A DNA stretch of 64,000 nucleotides from Naegleria gruberi (lineage: Eukaryota). The notes beneath the pieces were generated by a model. It did no database searches. It was not told the origin of the DNA and saw only the letters and a list, made by a program, of their open reading frames with translations. Below, piece by piece: positions 43,598 to 53,775 of this stretch (position 1 is the stretch's first letter; every line of letters begins with the position of its first letter). The stretch lies in NCBI GenBank assembly GCA_000004985.1, contig GG738846.1. One strand, given 5' to 3'. Position numbers and translations under genes: made by a program.

Positions 43598-45565
43598 TTA
43601 TTCAACACCAAATGTACTAGATTGTAGAGCTTTTTGAATTTGTAATTGCTTATCACGGTGATACTTTTGACATTCAGTAATACGATGTCCTCTACCTTGA
43701 CAATATTTACATTCAACATTCTCCAAATGTGCATAAGGGTCATAAATAGATTGTAAAATTGGTGGAATACGTTGATTTGCCTCTTTCAACAAGTATTTCA
43801 AGTCCAATAAAATTTGTTCAGATTGATTCTTATTGATAAATGTGGTAGCCAGACCTGTTTTACCATTTCTACCAGTTCTACCAATTCTGTGGACATAGTT
43901 TTCAATTTCACGAGGCATGTCAAAGTTAATAACATGTTTTACATTTGGAAAATCGATACCTTTGGAAACAATGTCAGTAGCAACGAGTACATGCTTTTTT
44001 CCTTGTTTGAACGAGTCAATAGCATACTCTCTCTCACTTTGATCCTTACTAGAGTGAATAGAGACTGCTTCTACACCTTTCAATAGTAAATATTCACAAA
44101 TTGTATCAACTTCACTCTTGTTCTGGGAGAAGATCAATACAGGTGGCGGTGTTTTTTGTAGAGCTTGGAGTAGATAGACAATCTTGTCTTCTTCTTGAAC
44201 ATATTCCACTTCTTGAATGACATCCAAATTTACAGCACCAGCTCTACCTACATTTACAATTATTGGTTGGTTCAATGTATTCATGGCAAGATTTTGAATC
44301 TTTTCAGGCATGGTAGCAGAGAAGAACACTTTTTGAATGTGATTATTATTCTTTTCACCACTCTGAGTACTCTCATTATTTTCATTATTCTGTACAAGGT
44401 TCAAGTGTTGGAATATTGTCTTGATATCCTCCTCAAAACCCAAATCAATCAATCTATCTGCCTCATCCATACAAACATATTTACAATCATTGAGTTGAAT
44501 CTTATTTTCATTCAACATTTGAATCAAACGTCCAGGAGTAGCCACAACTATATGTATATAACCTCCACCACTACTATTAGAAGAATAATATCTAGAATTG
44601 GAATTGGATTGATTGAATATTCTCTCTTCCTTGATACCTCCCATACAGAGAGAAACATTGAGCTTAAAGGTTTGGGATCGTTTCTTTTCTTGTTCATTAA
44701 TTCCATTAAAGAAATATTCTATAAATTCAAAGGTTTGCTTTGCTAATTCTCTGTTAGGACAGAGAATTAATCCTAGTGGTCCATTATTTCTCCTTATGCT
44801 TTTAGGTCTCGTTGCATATAAATGCTCATTCAAATAGGAATACATGATGATTGGCAAGGAAAAGACCAAAGTTTTACCCGAACCAGTAAAGGCGATACCA
44901 ATGACATCTCTACCTTCCAATAGACATGGTAATCCTTGCATTTGAATTGGTGTAGGTGTTTCTATATTCTTTTCAAGTAAAAGCTTTAAAAGACATTTTG
45001 GTAATTTTAAATGTTCAAATGTCAAGATTGGTGGAGGAGCACAAACACCATCAACTTGGATGCCAAAATTTTTTCTGATTAAATCCAGTTCTTCTACTGT
45101 TAAATTCCTATAATATTCTGGAACTGTCCAACTATAATTTAATTTACGATTAATGTCACCAGTTAAATTGTTAACAGCACTTAGGAATGATTGATTCATT
45201 AATTCTTTAAGTAATTCATTTTCTTTTTGTTCCAATTTTTCCATGTCTGTTAATTGTGGTTGTGTTTCCTTCAATTCTCTATTCTTTTTCAATAAACTTG
45301 CTGAATTTTTACTAATTTCCTCTACTTGCTCGTTTTTGGTCAATTCTTGTAATAATTTATGTTTTTTATGTGTTGGAATTAAATCCGCATCAAAGTTATC
45401 TTCCTCAACAACTTTTGATCCTGTTGTATTCCGAGATCTTCTTTCCTCTCTCTTTCTTTTCCACTCCAAATAGTGTTGTGATGATGCTTCATCTTGTTGC
45501 TTTTCTTCACCATCAAAACTATTGCTGGCAACCATCTGCCTCTCTTTGTCGTCTGTTGTTGGCAT
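43598..45565 (-). CDS. DDX41: DEAD-box RNA helicase DDX41/Abstrakt family with a C-terminal CCHC zinc knuckle.
   Basis: All helicase motifs are present (AFTGSGKT, DEAD in VCMDEADRLIDLGF, SAT, HRIGRTGR). The C-terminal CKYCQGRGHRITEC matches DDX41 (CAFCGGLGHRITDC). Long blocks such as TPPPVLIF are near-identical to human DDX41. Confidence 0.9.
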   Translation of the reverse strand: MPTTDDKERQMVASNSFDGEEKQQDEASSQHYLEWKRKREERRSRNTTGSKVVEEDNFDADLIPTHKKHKLLQELTKNEQVEEISKNSASLLKKNRELKETQPQLTDMEKLEQKENELLKELMNQSFLSAVNNLTGDINRKLNYSWTVPEYYRNLTVEELDLIRKNFGIQVDGVCAPPPILTFEHLKLPKCLLKLLLEKNIETPTPIQMQGLPCLLEGRDVIGIAFTGSGKTLVFSLPIIMYSYLNEHLYATRPKSIRRNNGPLGLILCPNRELAKQTFEFIEYFFNGINEQEKKRSQTFKLNVSLCMGGIKEERIFNQSNSNSRYYSSNSSGGGYIHIVVATPGRLIQMLNENKIQLNDCKYVCMDEADRLIDLGFEEDIKTIFQHLNLVQNNENNESTQSGEKNNNHIQKVFFSATMPEKIQNLAMNTLNQPIIVNVGRAGAVNLDVIQEVEYVQEEDKIVYLLQALQKTPPPVLIFSQNKSEVDTICEYLLLKGVEAVSIHSSKDQSEREYAIDSFKQGKKHVLVATDIVSKGIDFPNVKHVINFDMPREIENYVHRIGRTGRNGKTGLATTFINKNQSEQILLDLKYLLKEANQRIPPILQSIYDPYAHLENVECKYCQGRGHRITECQKYHRDKQLQIQKALQSSTFGVE

Positions 45566-45657
45566 TTTTTTTTAATTTTTTAAAGGCTTTTGTTTCTTGT
45601 TACTCCCTGTTCAATTTAACGTTGATAATTTATTAATAATGGTGAGAGATTTACATC

Positions 45658-47277
45658 TCAACATAATAGTAAACAATATTTTAACATGTAAAACCATTCA
45701 TCTCTTTCAAATTCATTACTAAATTCAAAAAGCCACTTTTTCTTTTCAGTTCTATCATTAATTGTTAAGGTATTAAGTGATGAAATTGAAATATTCTTTT
45801 TCGGATTGTCATTAATGGTCAAGTAGCATAAATTGGAAAGTTCAATCTCTTCGAGTGGTTTCATTTCATTGTGAAATATGTCATTACTTGACCCATCTGC
45901 ATTGAATAGAATTAGTTTAAATTTTTGATTGGAAGAGTGAACAAGTAGAATGTGTCTCTTCTTCAATTTACTGTTTTGGAAAAAGCTCTTTACATCCTTC
46001 TTATAGGCAGAACCTTGTTTCAGTATGGAAAATTTGAAAGCTTCATTAAATGTATTAGAATTCTTATTGATTAGATAGTGTGTGAGAGATTTTAATGATG
46101 ACAAGTTTAAAGTTTGATTAGTATTTGGAATTTGACTATAAATATCATTTCCAAATAATGATTCAAATAATTCTGATGCTGAATCATCTATATTACATGT
46201 TGTTGATTCAATGGATGGAATTTTAATCCATTGATTATCCTTATTAATTACAGAAATGAGTGGAATAGGACTTTGAATAATTTGACTATGTTGATCTATT
46301 GATGATAAACCTCCTCCAATCATTGAATCCAGAATGTTAGTATTATTATTATTAGTAGTAGTATTGGGAGTAGCAGTATTATTTGTGCTATCAATACAAG
46401 TAGTGGTGGTATTGGAAAATACTCTCGAAGAAATGAAATACTCTCCATTATCAATATGATTTTCATTGATATAATCTGAGAGGAGATTGAAAATATTTTG
46501 TGAATTTTTACATTCTTGTAAACTTGTTTCCAATAATTCTTGTTTATCAAAATAGGAAAGATATTTTGGCAATTGATTTTTAGCAATAATGTAATGATCA
46601 GGGATATTTGCATTCGTTAAACTATTGATAAATAATAATGTTGACGAAATAAAACGAATCATTAATTTAAACAAATGATTAACTTGTTCTTCACTTTCCA
46701 TAGATTCGTTATTTACCACCTTCTTCAGTGCATCAAGCTTTTTGAAAAAGCTTTCCACCTTGTATTTCATAAAAACATCCAATCCGATAGAACTTTTCAT
46801 TATTGGATGAACCATTGCCTCGAGTGGAATATTTCTATGAGGAGGAGTAATGACCTCTCTCGTAAATGGATCTATTTAATATATTATTAATAATATATTT
46901 CAATGATTATATTTTGGATCAAGATTTGAATAATAATAAAATGCATTTTCAAAAATATAATATATTGTTGTATGATTTGTAGTTGTAGAATTTAAATATT
47001 TACCTGTCTTGTTGGTTTTTATCCAATCTAGAATTTTACTTTTTTCATAAATTCTTCCATTCAACAAGGCTGGTTCTACAAATATTGTTTCAGTTAGGGA
47101 ACAAATGAAATGCACCGGTGTATCAAAGTCATCACTGAAAAACTCCTCCAAAGTTGACATGCTTGTTTTTTTTGCTTTGAACTGTGAAACGTACAGCCAC
47201 CTGATGCTTGACATTTTGATTTTGGTGCACATTGAACTTGTATTACCATTGTAATGTACTCGAGGTTTATTAAACAT
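45658..47277 (-). CDS. U-box domain protein with a C-terminal PH-like domain, 2 exons (about 495 aa).
   Basis: Exon 1 is 47277 (or ATG 47307, overlapping Vps15)..47004 and holds the U-box (PVHFICSLTETIFVEPALLNGRIYEKSKILDWIKTNKT). The 132-nt intron is 47003..46872 (GTAAAT..TAG, phase 1). Exon 2 is 46871..45658 (DPFTREVITPPHRNIPLEAMVHPIMK...) and ends in a PH-like region (KKWLFEFSNEFERDEWFYMLKY). Confidence 0.5.
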
Positions 47278-47281
47278 ATTA

Positions 47282-50200
47282 TTACTTCCAAACCTTAAGT
47301 ATACCATCTCTAGAGCTTGTCAATAGTAATGGTTGGAAGTGGCCTTTAGATACACCAGAGACAATCTTGATATCAGTAATTGTATCCAAATGATGAGTTT
47401 GTACAGGTTGAGAGAATGTTCCTCCCCTTCTACTGGCACTTGTAGATGTCAGAATATCACCCTTATTGAATGGAACAGCTTCTTCTGAGTAAACTGTGTA
47501 CTTGTCTTCCTTTTTGGCAGAATAAATAAATGCTTGTTGCTGTTGTTGAGCTCCACTGACAACATAACTTTGCTCAATAGTGTTAGTATCCCAGAATCTG
47601 ATAATACCGTCACTACTTCCAGAATAGAATGAGCCATCAAATTCATTGACATATAATGCATTTACATCAAAAGTTGGTTCTTCTTGGAAGTGTTTTGTTC
47701 TGTCCTTCATAATTTTACGAATTTCTCCAATAGCAAATCTATCACTTACACCAGTCAAATTTGATGTTACTGTAGTGGCATTTGTAGTCATTGGATTGGT
47801 ATTTGGAGTAGTGTTATTACTCTTTTGCTTTCTAGAACTATCAGAACATCTGAATTTGAGTAAGGTAGATTGAGTTTCCAAATTCCACAAATCTACTTCT
47901 CTATTTTGTGATGCAATATATACAGAAGGTGCCATACTGGAGGTTTTTTGGAGTGGAGATGCTTTACAAATTCTATTGATGGCACTTTCAGTAATTCTAT
48001 TATTTGTTACACTTATTTGATATCTCAAATCCCACAAAGTTACATAACCTCTCTTTGTGGAGGATAAGATCCAAGGCTCATTCATATCACCACAACAAAT
48101 TTCAGAAATTGGTCCTTGTTCAAGTGATTGTTTTGATTTCCATGAGAATGCCTCTCTTTCACATCTTGGATCAATACCAACAATAATACCATTTTGATTA
48201 CCACACACCAAGAGTGGTTGTTGATGATTTTGGAACGGTCTGATAACATTAATAGAAGCCTCTTGAGTCTTGGCTGTTTGTACAAATTTGGCACCAGAAT
48301 CGCCAATAGTTATAGTATACATGGTTGTACCCAAATCAGCACTGAATACGTGAATCCAACCCTTATCTGTACATGCTGCAATCAATGGTGAAGAAACATT
48401 CAATATACCCACTGAATTAACTCTACCTCCTCCCTGAATGATTGTATAGGTCATTTTCGAGTTCATGGCAAAGTCTCTCTCAGTACTTGTCAAGTCCCAT
48501 AATCTAACAGTGCCATCATTACCACCTGTTACAAACCAGCACAAACTATCGTGAACAGATATTTCATTAATAGATCCCTTGTGCTCTGTAGATTGACCAA
48601 ATAAATTACCATTTGGTCTCCACTTGGCAATATTGGCTGATTTGAGAGGTGAAGTTACAGAGGAGAGGTTAGAGGTGGCGCCAACAGGATTACTTGTGGA
48701 TGGATTACCAGATGATTGATTTGTTTTGAGTGGAAGAGTTTCTTCATCTTTCTTCTTACTACTTGGTTGTTTACCTGTGGAATTAGTTGATGCAGATGAA
48801 TTACTTGCAGAAGGAATGGAAAAGAATGTATTCCATTCGTTATTATATTGTTTGGATTGTGCTGATTTGGATGCTGTTTGATTATTAACAATTGAGCTCG
48901 ATTGTAAAGTAATGTAAGGACTTTCTATTGGTGTGAAATGACTTGTAAGTGGTAAGTTCAATTTGATAATATTGCTCGAATTGGAGTTATTAGAATCCAT
49001 ATTTTCTCCTGTATTTTCCCAACTCTTGGATTGTATGGCCATGGCAACTTGTGAAAGATATGGTTTGATAATCTCTAATTTTTTCAAGTCCTCTTCTGAA
49101 ATGTTTGGTATTTTGGATGATATCAAAAGTGAGAAGGATTCAAATTTTTGTTGAGAATTCAAATCTTCCATTAAAATCTTGATAGACTTGTCAAAAATGT
49201 CTCTTTGAAGCGATTGTTTCAAACTTTCCAAAAGTGAATATTCATAAACTAGGAGAATATCGTGCTCTAAATGAGGTTTTAAAATTTCAATCAAGAAGCA
49301 ACTAGTATCTGCCAATCCCAAAGTCTTACTAGCAGCAGAAAAGAATGCAACACTATTATATCTTATCCAAGTATTTGGATGGTAAAGTAAAAATGAAACC
49401 TTCTTGGCAATATCTACAATTGTTGATTTTTCAAACATTTGCAACTCACACAAAGTTACCAATCCATTAAGAGCTTGGTCAATAACAAACTCTTGTACAT
49501 CGTACAATGCTTGCATAATACAAGGTAAAATAAATTCCTTCAATGAAGTTGGACCAACATATACAGAAATGCCAACAATTTGTTCAAAAAAGGCATGTCT
49601 CAGTCTCCATTGACGAGAGTTTAAGAATGTAATGACCATAGGTAGTACAAAATCGTTTGTCTTTCTCCTACCATAAAACATACAAAATGGTGTAATATTC
49701 TTTAAAAGTGCTACCTTCACAGGTGTACATTGATCCATAGAAAGTTCAAGAACAATCGAGGCAATTTCATCCTGTAATGAATTCAAATCAGTATCATAAG
49801 TTCCCTTTACCATAACTTGGGTAGTCATATTTTGTTTGATGATCTGACTCATTTCCAAAAATCTTCTTGCTTGATAAGCGAGTAATGGCAAATTTTCAGC
49901 AAAAGTGACACGAACCAAATCTGACTTGTCAGTTGAAATTATTCTCAGTGCTGGTAGAATGTAATCATTAAATAAATTGGACTCACTAGCTGAAAATGCT
50001 GTTATTTTTGCGAGAATATAAGTAAGAGTGTCTATAGCTTTTGATTTAACAAGTGGGGCCTGATCATTCAAAAGTGAACATGTGTATGGAATGAGTCTTT
50101 CCAATTTGGTATAGTTGGATGAAAAATCAGCTAACTTTTTCATTAAATCTAAACCTTGAACACGAACACTAACACTTTGAGCATTTCTTACACTGGAACA

Positions 50201-51742
50201 AAGTAGAGTGGCAATAATTTCAATTCCTTCATGAGAGTTGATTTGACTACTTTCAGATTTTTGAGTTAACTTTCTTCTTTCAACAAGCTTTTCAATGATA
50301 TTATTATTGGTGGATTTTTCTTGTTGCTTTGTACTTGTCAATCCAACATTGGTCTCTGAAAGATTCCTTTCTCCAAATGCTTGCGTATTTTGAATAAGGT
50401 CTAGCAAGGAATTCTTATGAACCATAGATCCACCACTACTACTACTACTTTCAGAATTTTGAGTGTTATTACTTGAAGAATGATTACTTGATAAAGTAAT
50501 TGTAGAGGATGTGTTGTTAGATAAGGTATTTTCTTGAGTTTCATTTTCAGAAATTTTAGAAATAATCATATCATACATATTCTCAATAGTTTGTATTCTC
50601 TTGTCACAATTCTTTTCTAACATTTGTATCATTACACTTTCATGAATAAATTTAAAATAATTTGGGAATATTCTTGGAGTGTACTTTTTAATGTACTCCT
50701 CTGCTGAAAATCTCTTATTAGGATCTAAATCTAACATATGTGATATCATTTCTCTTACATCCTTATCATCGATTCTTTCCATTAATTTTGAAAAGTGTTC
50801 AGTATCTCCCTTTCTATATGCAAGTAATTGTGAATAATCAAAGAGAGCTTCTCCATCAAGAAAGAGTTGTGCAATAACACATCCAACACTGAATATGTCC
50901 ATCTTTTCTGTTAATTCTTCACCATTATTAGGATTGACATTTGTTGAAGATTGAGTATTTTCTTCGATTACAGTAACACTTTGATCAACTCCATTAATGT
51001 CAACCATAATAAAAGATGAATCTCTTGCCAATCTATTACTTGAATTTGGTGCAAGTCCATTGTTATTATTTAAATAAATATTAGTGTTTGTGTTTGAAGA
51101 AGGACAAAAACGTTCAGGAGCCAACAAACAAATTCTTCTTCCCGATGTATCAAAATAATAGGAAAAGAATGATGGATCATCATCAGGTATTCTAGAAGGT
51201 TTAAAAGGAGCCAAATCAGTTAAAAAGACCCAATCCCACGCTGTTAATATAATATTATCAGCTTTTAAATCTCCATGATAAATTCCCAATTTGTGTATTT
51301 GTTTCAACCCTTCAAGTATTTGAAAAGCGATCCAACGTTTTCCAATAGAACTAAAAAACGGTCTAGTACTAATTCTATCAGCCAAATTACTATAACAAAA
51401 TTGTCTCACCAAATAACCAGCCTTGTCAGTTTCTACCATTCTATTATAACTTAAAACATTTGGTTGTGATCGGAGACTAAGTTTTTCATTGAGTAGTTTT
51501 AATTTTGCATGATGGGGTGCCAACGCCAGTGGTGGATCATCTTCCTTTTTCAAATATACTTTAACAACGACTGGCATACCCTCTTCAGTCCAACATTGCA
51601 CACTTTTTAATAATCTACCTCCTCCTAATGTGTGATCTTGAACCAATCCCTCGGCCAAATCCTGCAAGTGGAGTTCTTGAAGAGATCCACTCACGGCCAA
51701 TTGATTATTTCCCATTTTTTTAAATTTAATATTTATTTTCAA
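47282..51742 (-). CDS. VPS15: Vps15 / PIK3R4 regulatory kinase subunit of the class III PI3-kinase complex.
   Basis: The N-terminal pseudokinase aligns to human VPS15 (DRISTRPFFSSIGKRWIAFQIL, YHGDLKADNIILT, APERF). HEAT repeats and a C-terminal WD40 propeller follow. The probable true start is MGNNQL at 51715 (N-myristoylation Gly2). Confidence 0.85.
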   Translation of the reverse strand: MKINIKFKKMGNNQLAVSGSLQELHLQDLAEGLVQDHTLGGGRLLKSVQCWTEEGMPVVVKVYLKKEDDPPLALAPHHAKLKLLNEKLSLRSQPNVLSYNRMVETDKAGYLVRQFCYSNLADRISTRPFFSSIGKRWIAFQILEGLKQIHKLGIYHGDLKADNIILTAWDWVFLTDLAPFKPSRIPDDDPSFFSYYFDTSGRRICLLAPERFCPSSNTNTNIYLNNNNGLAPNSSNRLARDSSFIMVDINGVDQSVTVIEENTQSSTNVNPNNGEELTEKMDIFSVGCVIAQLFLDGEALFDYSQLLAYRKGDTEHFSKLMERIDDKDVREMISHMLDLDPNKRFSAEEYIKKYTPRIFPNYFKFIHESVMIQMLEKNCDKRIQTIENMYDMIISKISENETQENTLSNNTSSTITLSSNHSSSNNTQNSESSSSSGGSMVHKNSLLDLIQNTQAFGERNLSETNVGLTSTKQQEKSTNNNIIEKLVERRKLTQKSESSQINSHEGIEIIATLLCSSVRNAQSVSVRVQGLDLMKKLADFSSNYTKLERLIPYTCSLLNDQAPLVKSKAIDTLTYILAKITAFSASESNLFNDYILPALRIISTDKSDLVRVTFAENLPLLAYQARRFLEMSQIIKQNMTTQVMVKGTYDTDLNSLQDEIASIVLELSMDQCTPVKVALLKNITPFCMFYGRRKTNDFVLPMVITFLNSRQWRLRHAFFEQIVGISVYVGPTSLKEFILPCIMQALYDVQEFVIDQALNGLVTLCELQMFEKSTIVDIAKKVSFLLYHPNTWIRYNSVAFFSAASKTLGLADTSCFLIEILKPHLEHDILLVYEYSLLESLKQSLQRDIFDKSIKILMEDLNSQQKFESFSLLISSKIPNISEEDLKKLEIIKPYLSQVAMAIQSKSWENTGENMDSNNSNSSNIIKLNLPLTSHFTPIESPYITLQSSSIVNNQTASKSAQSKQYNNEWNTFFSIPSASNSSASTNSTGKQPSSKKKDEETLPLKTNQSSGNPSTSNPVGATSNLSSVTSPLKSANIAKWRPNGNLFGQSTEHKGSINEISVHDSLCWFVTGGNDGTVRLWDLTSTERDFAMNSKMTYTIIQGGGRVNSVGILNVSSPLIAACTDKGWIHVFSADLGTTMYTITIGDSGAKFVQTAKTQEASINVIRPFQNHQQPLLVCGNQNGIIVGIDPRCEREAFSWKSKQSLEQGPISEICCGDMNEPWILSSTKRGYVTLWDLRYQISVTNNRITESAINRICKASPLQKTSSMAPSVYIASQNREVDLWNLETQSTLLKFRCSDSSRKQKSNNTTPNTNPMTTNATTVTSNLTGVSDRFAIGEIRKIMKDRTKHFQEEPTFDVNALYVNEFDGSFYSGSSDGIIRFWDTNTIEQSYVVSGAQQQQQAFIYSAKKEDKYTVYSEEAVPFNKGDILTSTSASRRGGTFSQPVQTHHLDTITDIKIVSGVSKGHFQPLLLTSSRDGILKVWK

Positions 51743-51853
51743 AACACGCTTTTATTTGTTTCGAATTCATAATGCACTGCTCACGTTTATTCAAATAAGA
51801 CAAAAGCTAGCTAAAAATTTACAGTTTTAATACATTATTGGATCGTCTATTAA

Positions 51854-53407
51854 TTAATTTATTGAAGATTCCCAAGTTTTATCTTTGGCATGGAATTTCA
51901 AACTCAAATCCAACTGTATCATGTCTTGAATCTTTTTATCACAATTCTTAATTTCAATGATATTGTTGGAAGTAGAAATGCCACAACTTGGTGCAAACTT
52001 AGTTGGATGAATTTGAACTGATAAATTATTCAATTCTCCAATTCTATCATTCTTGATTGAAAATTGATTGCTAGAGTTTAGAATTATATTATCATTAATC
52101 GTTACTTGGTCCAAAACATTGATCTGCTCAGATTTCATTTCCAATGTGTTATTATTGTACAATAAAGTTATATCCAAACTATATACATATTCGGGTATAT
52201 CAATAATAAAATTATCAATAACCTTTCCCATCAAACGAGAAAAAAGCTCATCAGATTTACATCTAATAACTAAATTAGCATTATCATTGAAAGGAGTCAA
52301 TTGTAGATTGCAAATAATTAACTTATGATCATCATTCATAGTAACAAGAGAATTAACAGGCTCTACAGATAACTTGGTACCCACAGCAAGTACAAGTGTT
52401 GAATTTTCAACAAATTTAACTGCCTTTTTCCACAATTTTTCAGATAACTTTTCTCCAAAGTTTACTATCAAATCCTTAAGTGGTCCTCCACACTGTTCAC
52501 ACTTGTTTACAGTAAGGTGATCATCTTTGAAATTTTCATTCCTATTCAAAATATTCCTGTAAATACTTTCACTTGTAGGGTGAACAATAATATCTTGTCT
52601 AATAAATGTCTTGTCACATTTTTCGCAATGCTCTTTATAGCTATTGCCATGAATTTCAATAGTATCACTTTCACTGATACCACTCTTCCAATGGAGATTG
52701 TCACTATTCTGTGTGATAATATATTTGATATATCCCATGTCGTACAGTTTTTTAATGGACATATGGGTAAGAGTTGGAAAATATTTCAAATTATCACTAT
52801 CATTTGAATTTTTGGTGGTATCATCTTGTTTTAACCAAATACCATCCTTTCCTCTGTAGGTCTTTAAGCCAGCAGATGAACTTATTCCAGCACCTGTAAA
52901 TAAACAAATTTTTCCCTTATGCTCTTTAAACAAGTCTCCCAAGTGAGCTATCTTAGGTCTGAGAAATTCGTCATCCTCCTCAAATTCTACGTCACTATCA
53001 TAATCATTCTTTTCCAAATCACTATCACAATCCCTATCCTTCTTTTTTTTCTTTTTAGAGGATGAATCTTTCAGTGAATTCTTTCGTTTCTTTGGTGTTG
53101 TGTTTGATTTTACTGAACTTTCTGGTGTTTTTACAGTTTTTGATTCAGTTTTTTTTGGAGTAGGGTTGGATGTTTTCTTCTTTTTGGTTGGAGTTGTGTT
53201 GTAGACTGGTGAGTCACCATCGGAAGGGATGTTCTCCTCCTTCTTTGATTTGCTCTTTTTCTTATTCGATTTTACCCCTGTATCAATGTTCTCAGCTTTT
53301 GGTTTTTTAGAAGAAGAAGACGGTGTTTTGTCTGTAGTAGAGTTTGACTTTTTTCTCCTGGCTGTTCTGGGAGTTGTTGGTGTTGTGGCTGTTTGCTTTT
53401 CACTCAT
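51854..53407 (-). CDS. Sir2-family NAD-dependent protein deacylase, class IV (SIRT6/7-like), with K/S-rich termini.
   Basis: GAGISSSAGLKTYRGKDGIW (class IV RG..G.W signature). Zn-binding C..C...C..C tetrad (CEKCDK...CEQCGGPLK). Catalytic His in IHGNSY. VLAVGTKL NAD-binding block. Confidence 0.8.
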   Translation of the reverse strand: MSEKQTATTPTTPRTARRKKSNSTTDKTPSSSSKKPKAENIDTGVKSNKKKSKSKKEENIPSDGDSPVYNTTPTKKKKTSNPTPKKTESKTVKTPESSVKSNTTPKKRKNSLKDSSSKKKKKKDRDCDSDLEKNDYDSDVEFEEDDEFLRPKIAHLGDLFKEHKGKICLFTGAGISSSAGLKTYRGKDGIWLKQDDTTKNSNDSDNLKYFPTLTHMSIKKLYDMGYIKYIITQNSDNLHWKSGISESDTIEIHGNSYKEHCEKCDKTFIRQDIIVHPTSESIYRNILNRNENFKDDHLTVNKCEQCGGPLKDLIVNFGEKLSEKLWKKAVKFVENSTLVLAVGTKLSVEPVNSLVTMNDDHKLIICNLQLTPFNDNANLVIRCKSDELFSRLMGKVIDNFIIDIPEYVYSLDITLLYNNNTLEMKSEQINVLDQVTINDNIILNSSNQFSIKNDRIGELNNLSVQIHPTKFAPSCGISTSNNIIEIKNCDKKIQDMIQLDLSLKFHAKDKTWESSIN

Positions 53408-53446
53408 TTTTCTTTTTTCCTTTAATATTTAAATTCTATTATTCAT

Positions 53447-53455
53447 TTTCCCGCC
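53447..53455 (+). promoter_or_regulatory. E2F-like motif TTTCCCGCC, 40 bp upstream of the sirtuin ATG, in the divergent promoter shared with the 53776 gene.
   Basis: Read directly from the sequence. Confidence 0.25.
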
Positions 53456-53775
53456 TTTTTCATTTGAGTGCATAAATTTAAGTATTATTAATTGTTTGCT
53501 ATTGTTTAGTGGAGAATTGTCATCTTGTCAGACCGTATTGAAAATTAATTTAACAATATTACTTGTGTTTCATATCAAAATAATTTATGAAGGTTAAATA
53601 TTGATAGGTTCTCTTCAATTGTTATTTATTTATCATTAACAATACATGTGAGAGATTGGAGAGCGGAACAAAATTCAAGTCGTCAGCACACAAGGGAATC
53701 TAGGCGCGGTCTTGCATTTTGTAAAATACTGGTTGATTTTTGCGTTTAAAAAAATTTAAACAACCTCTAAAAAAA

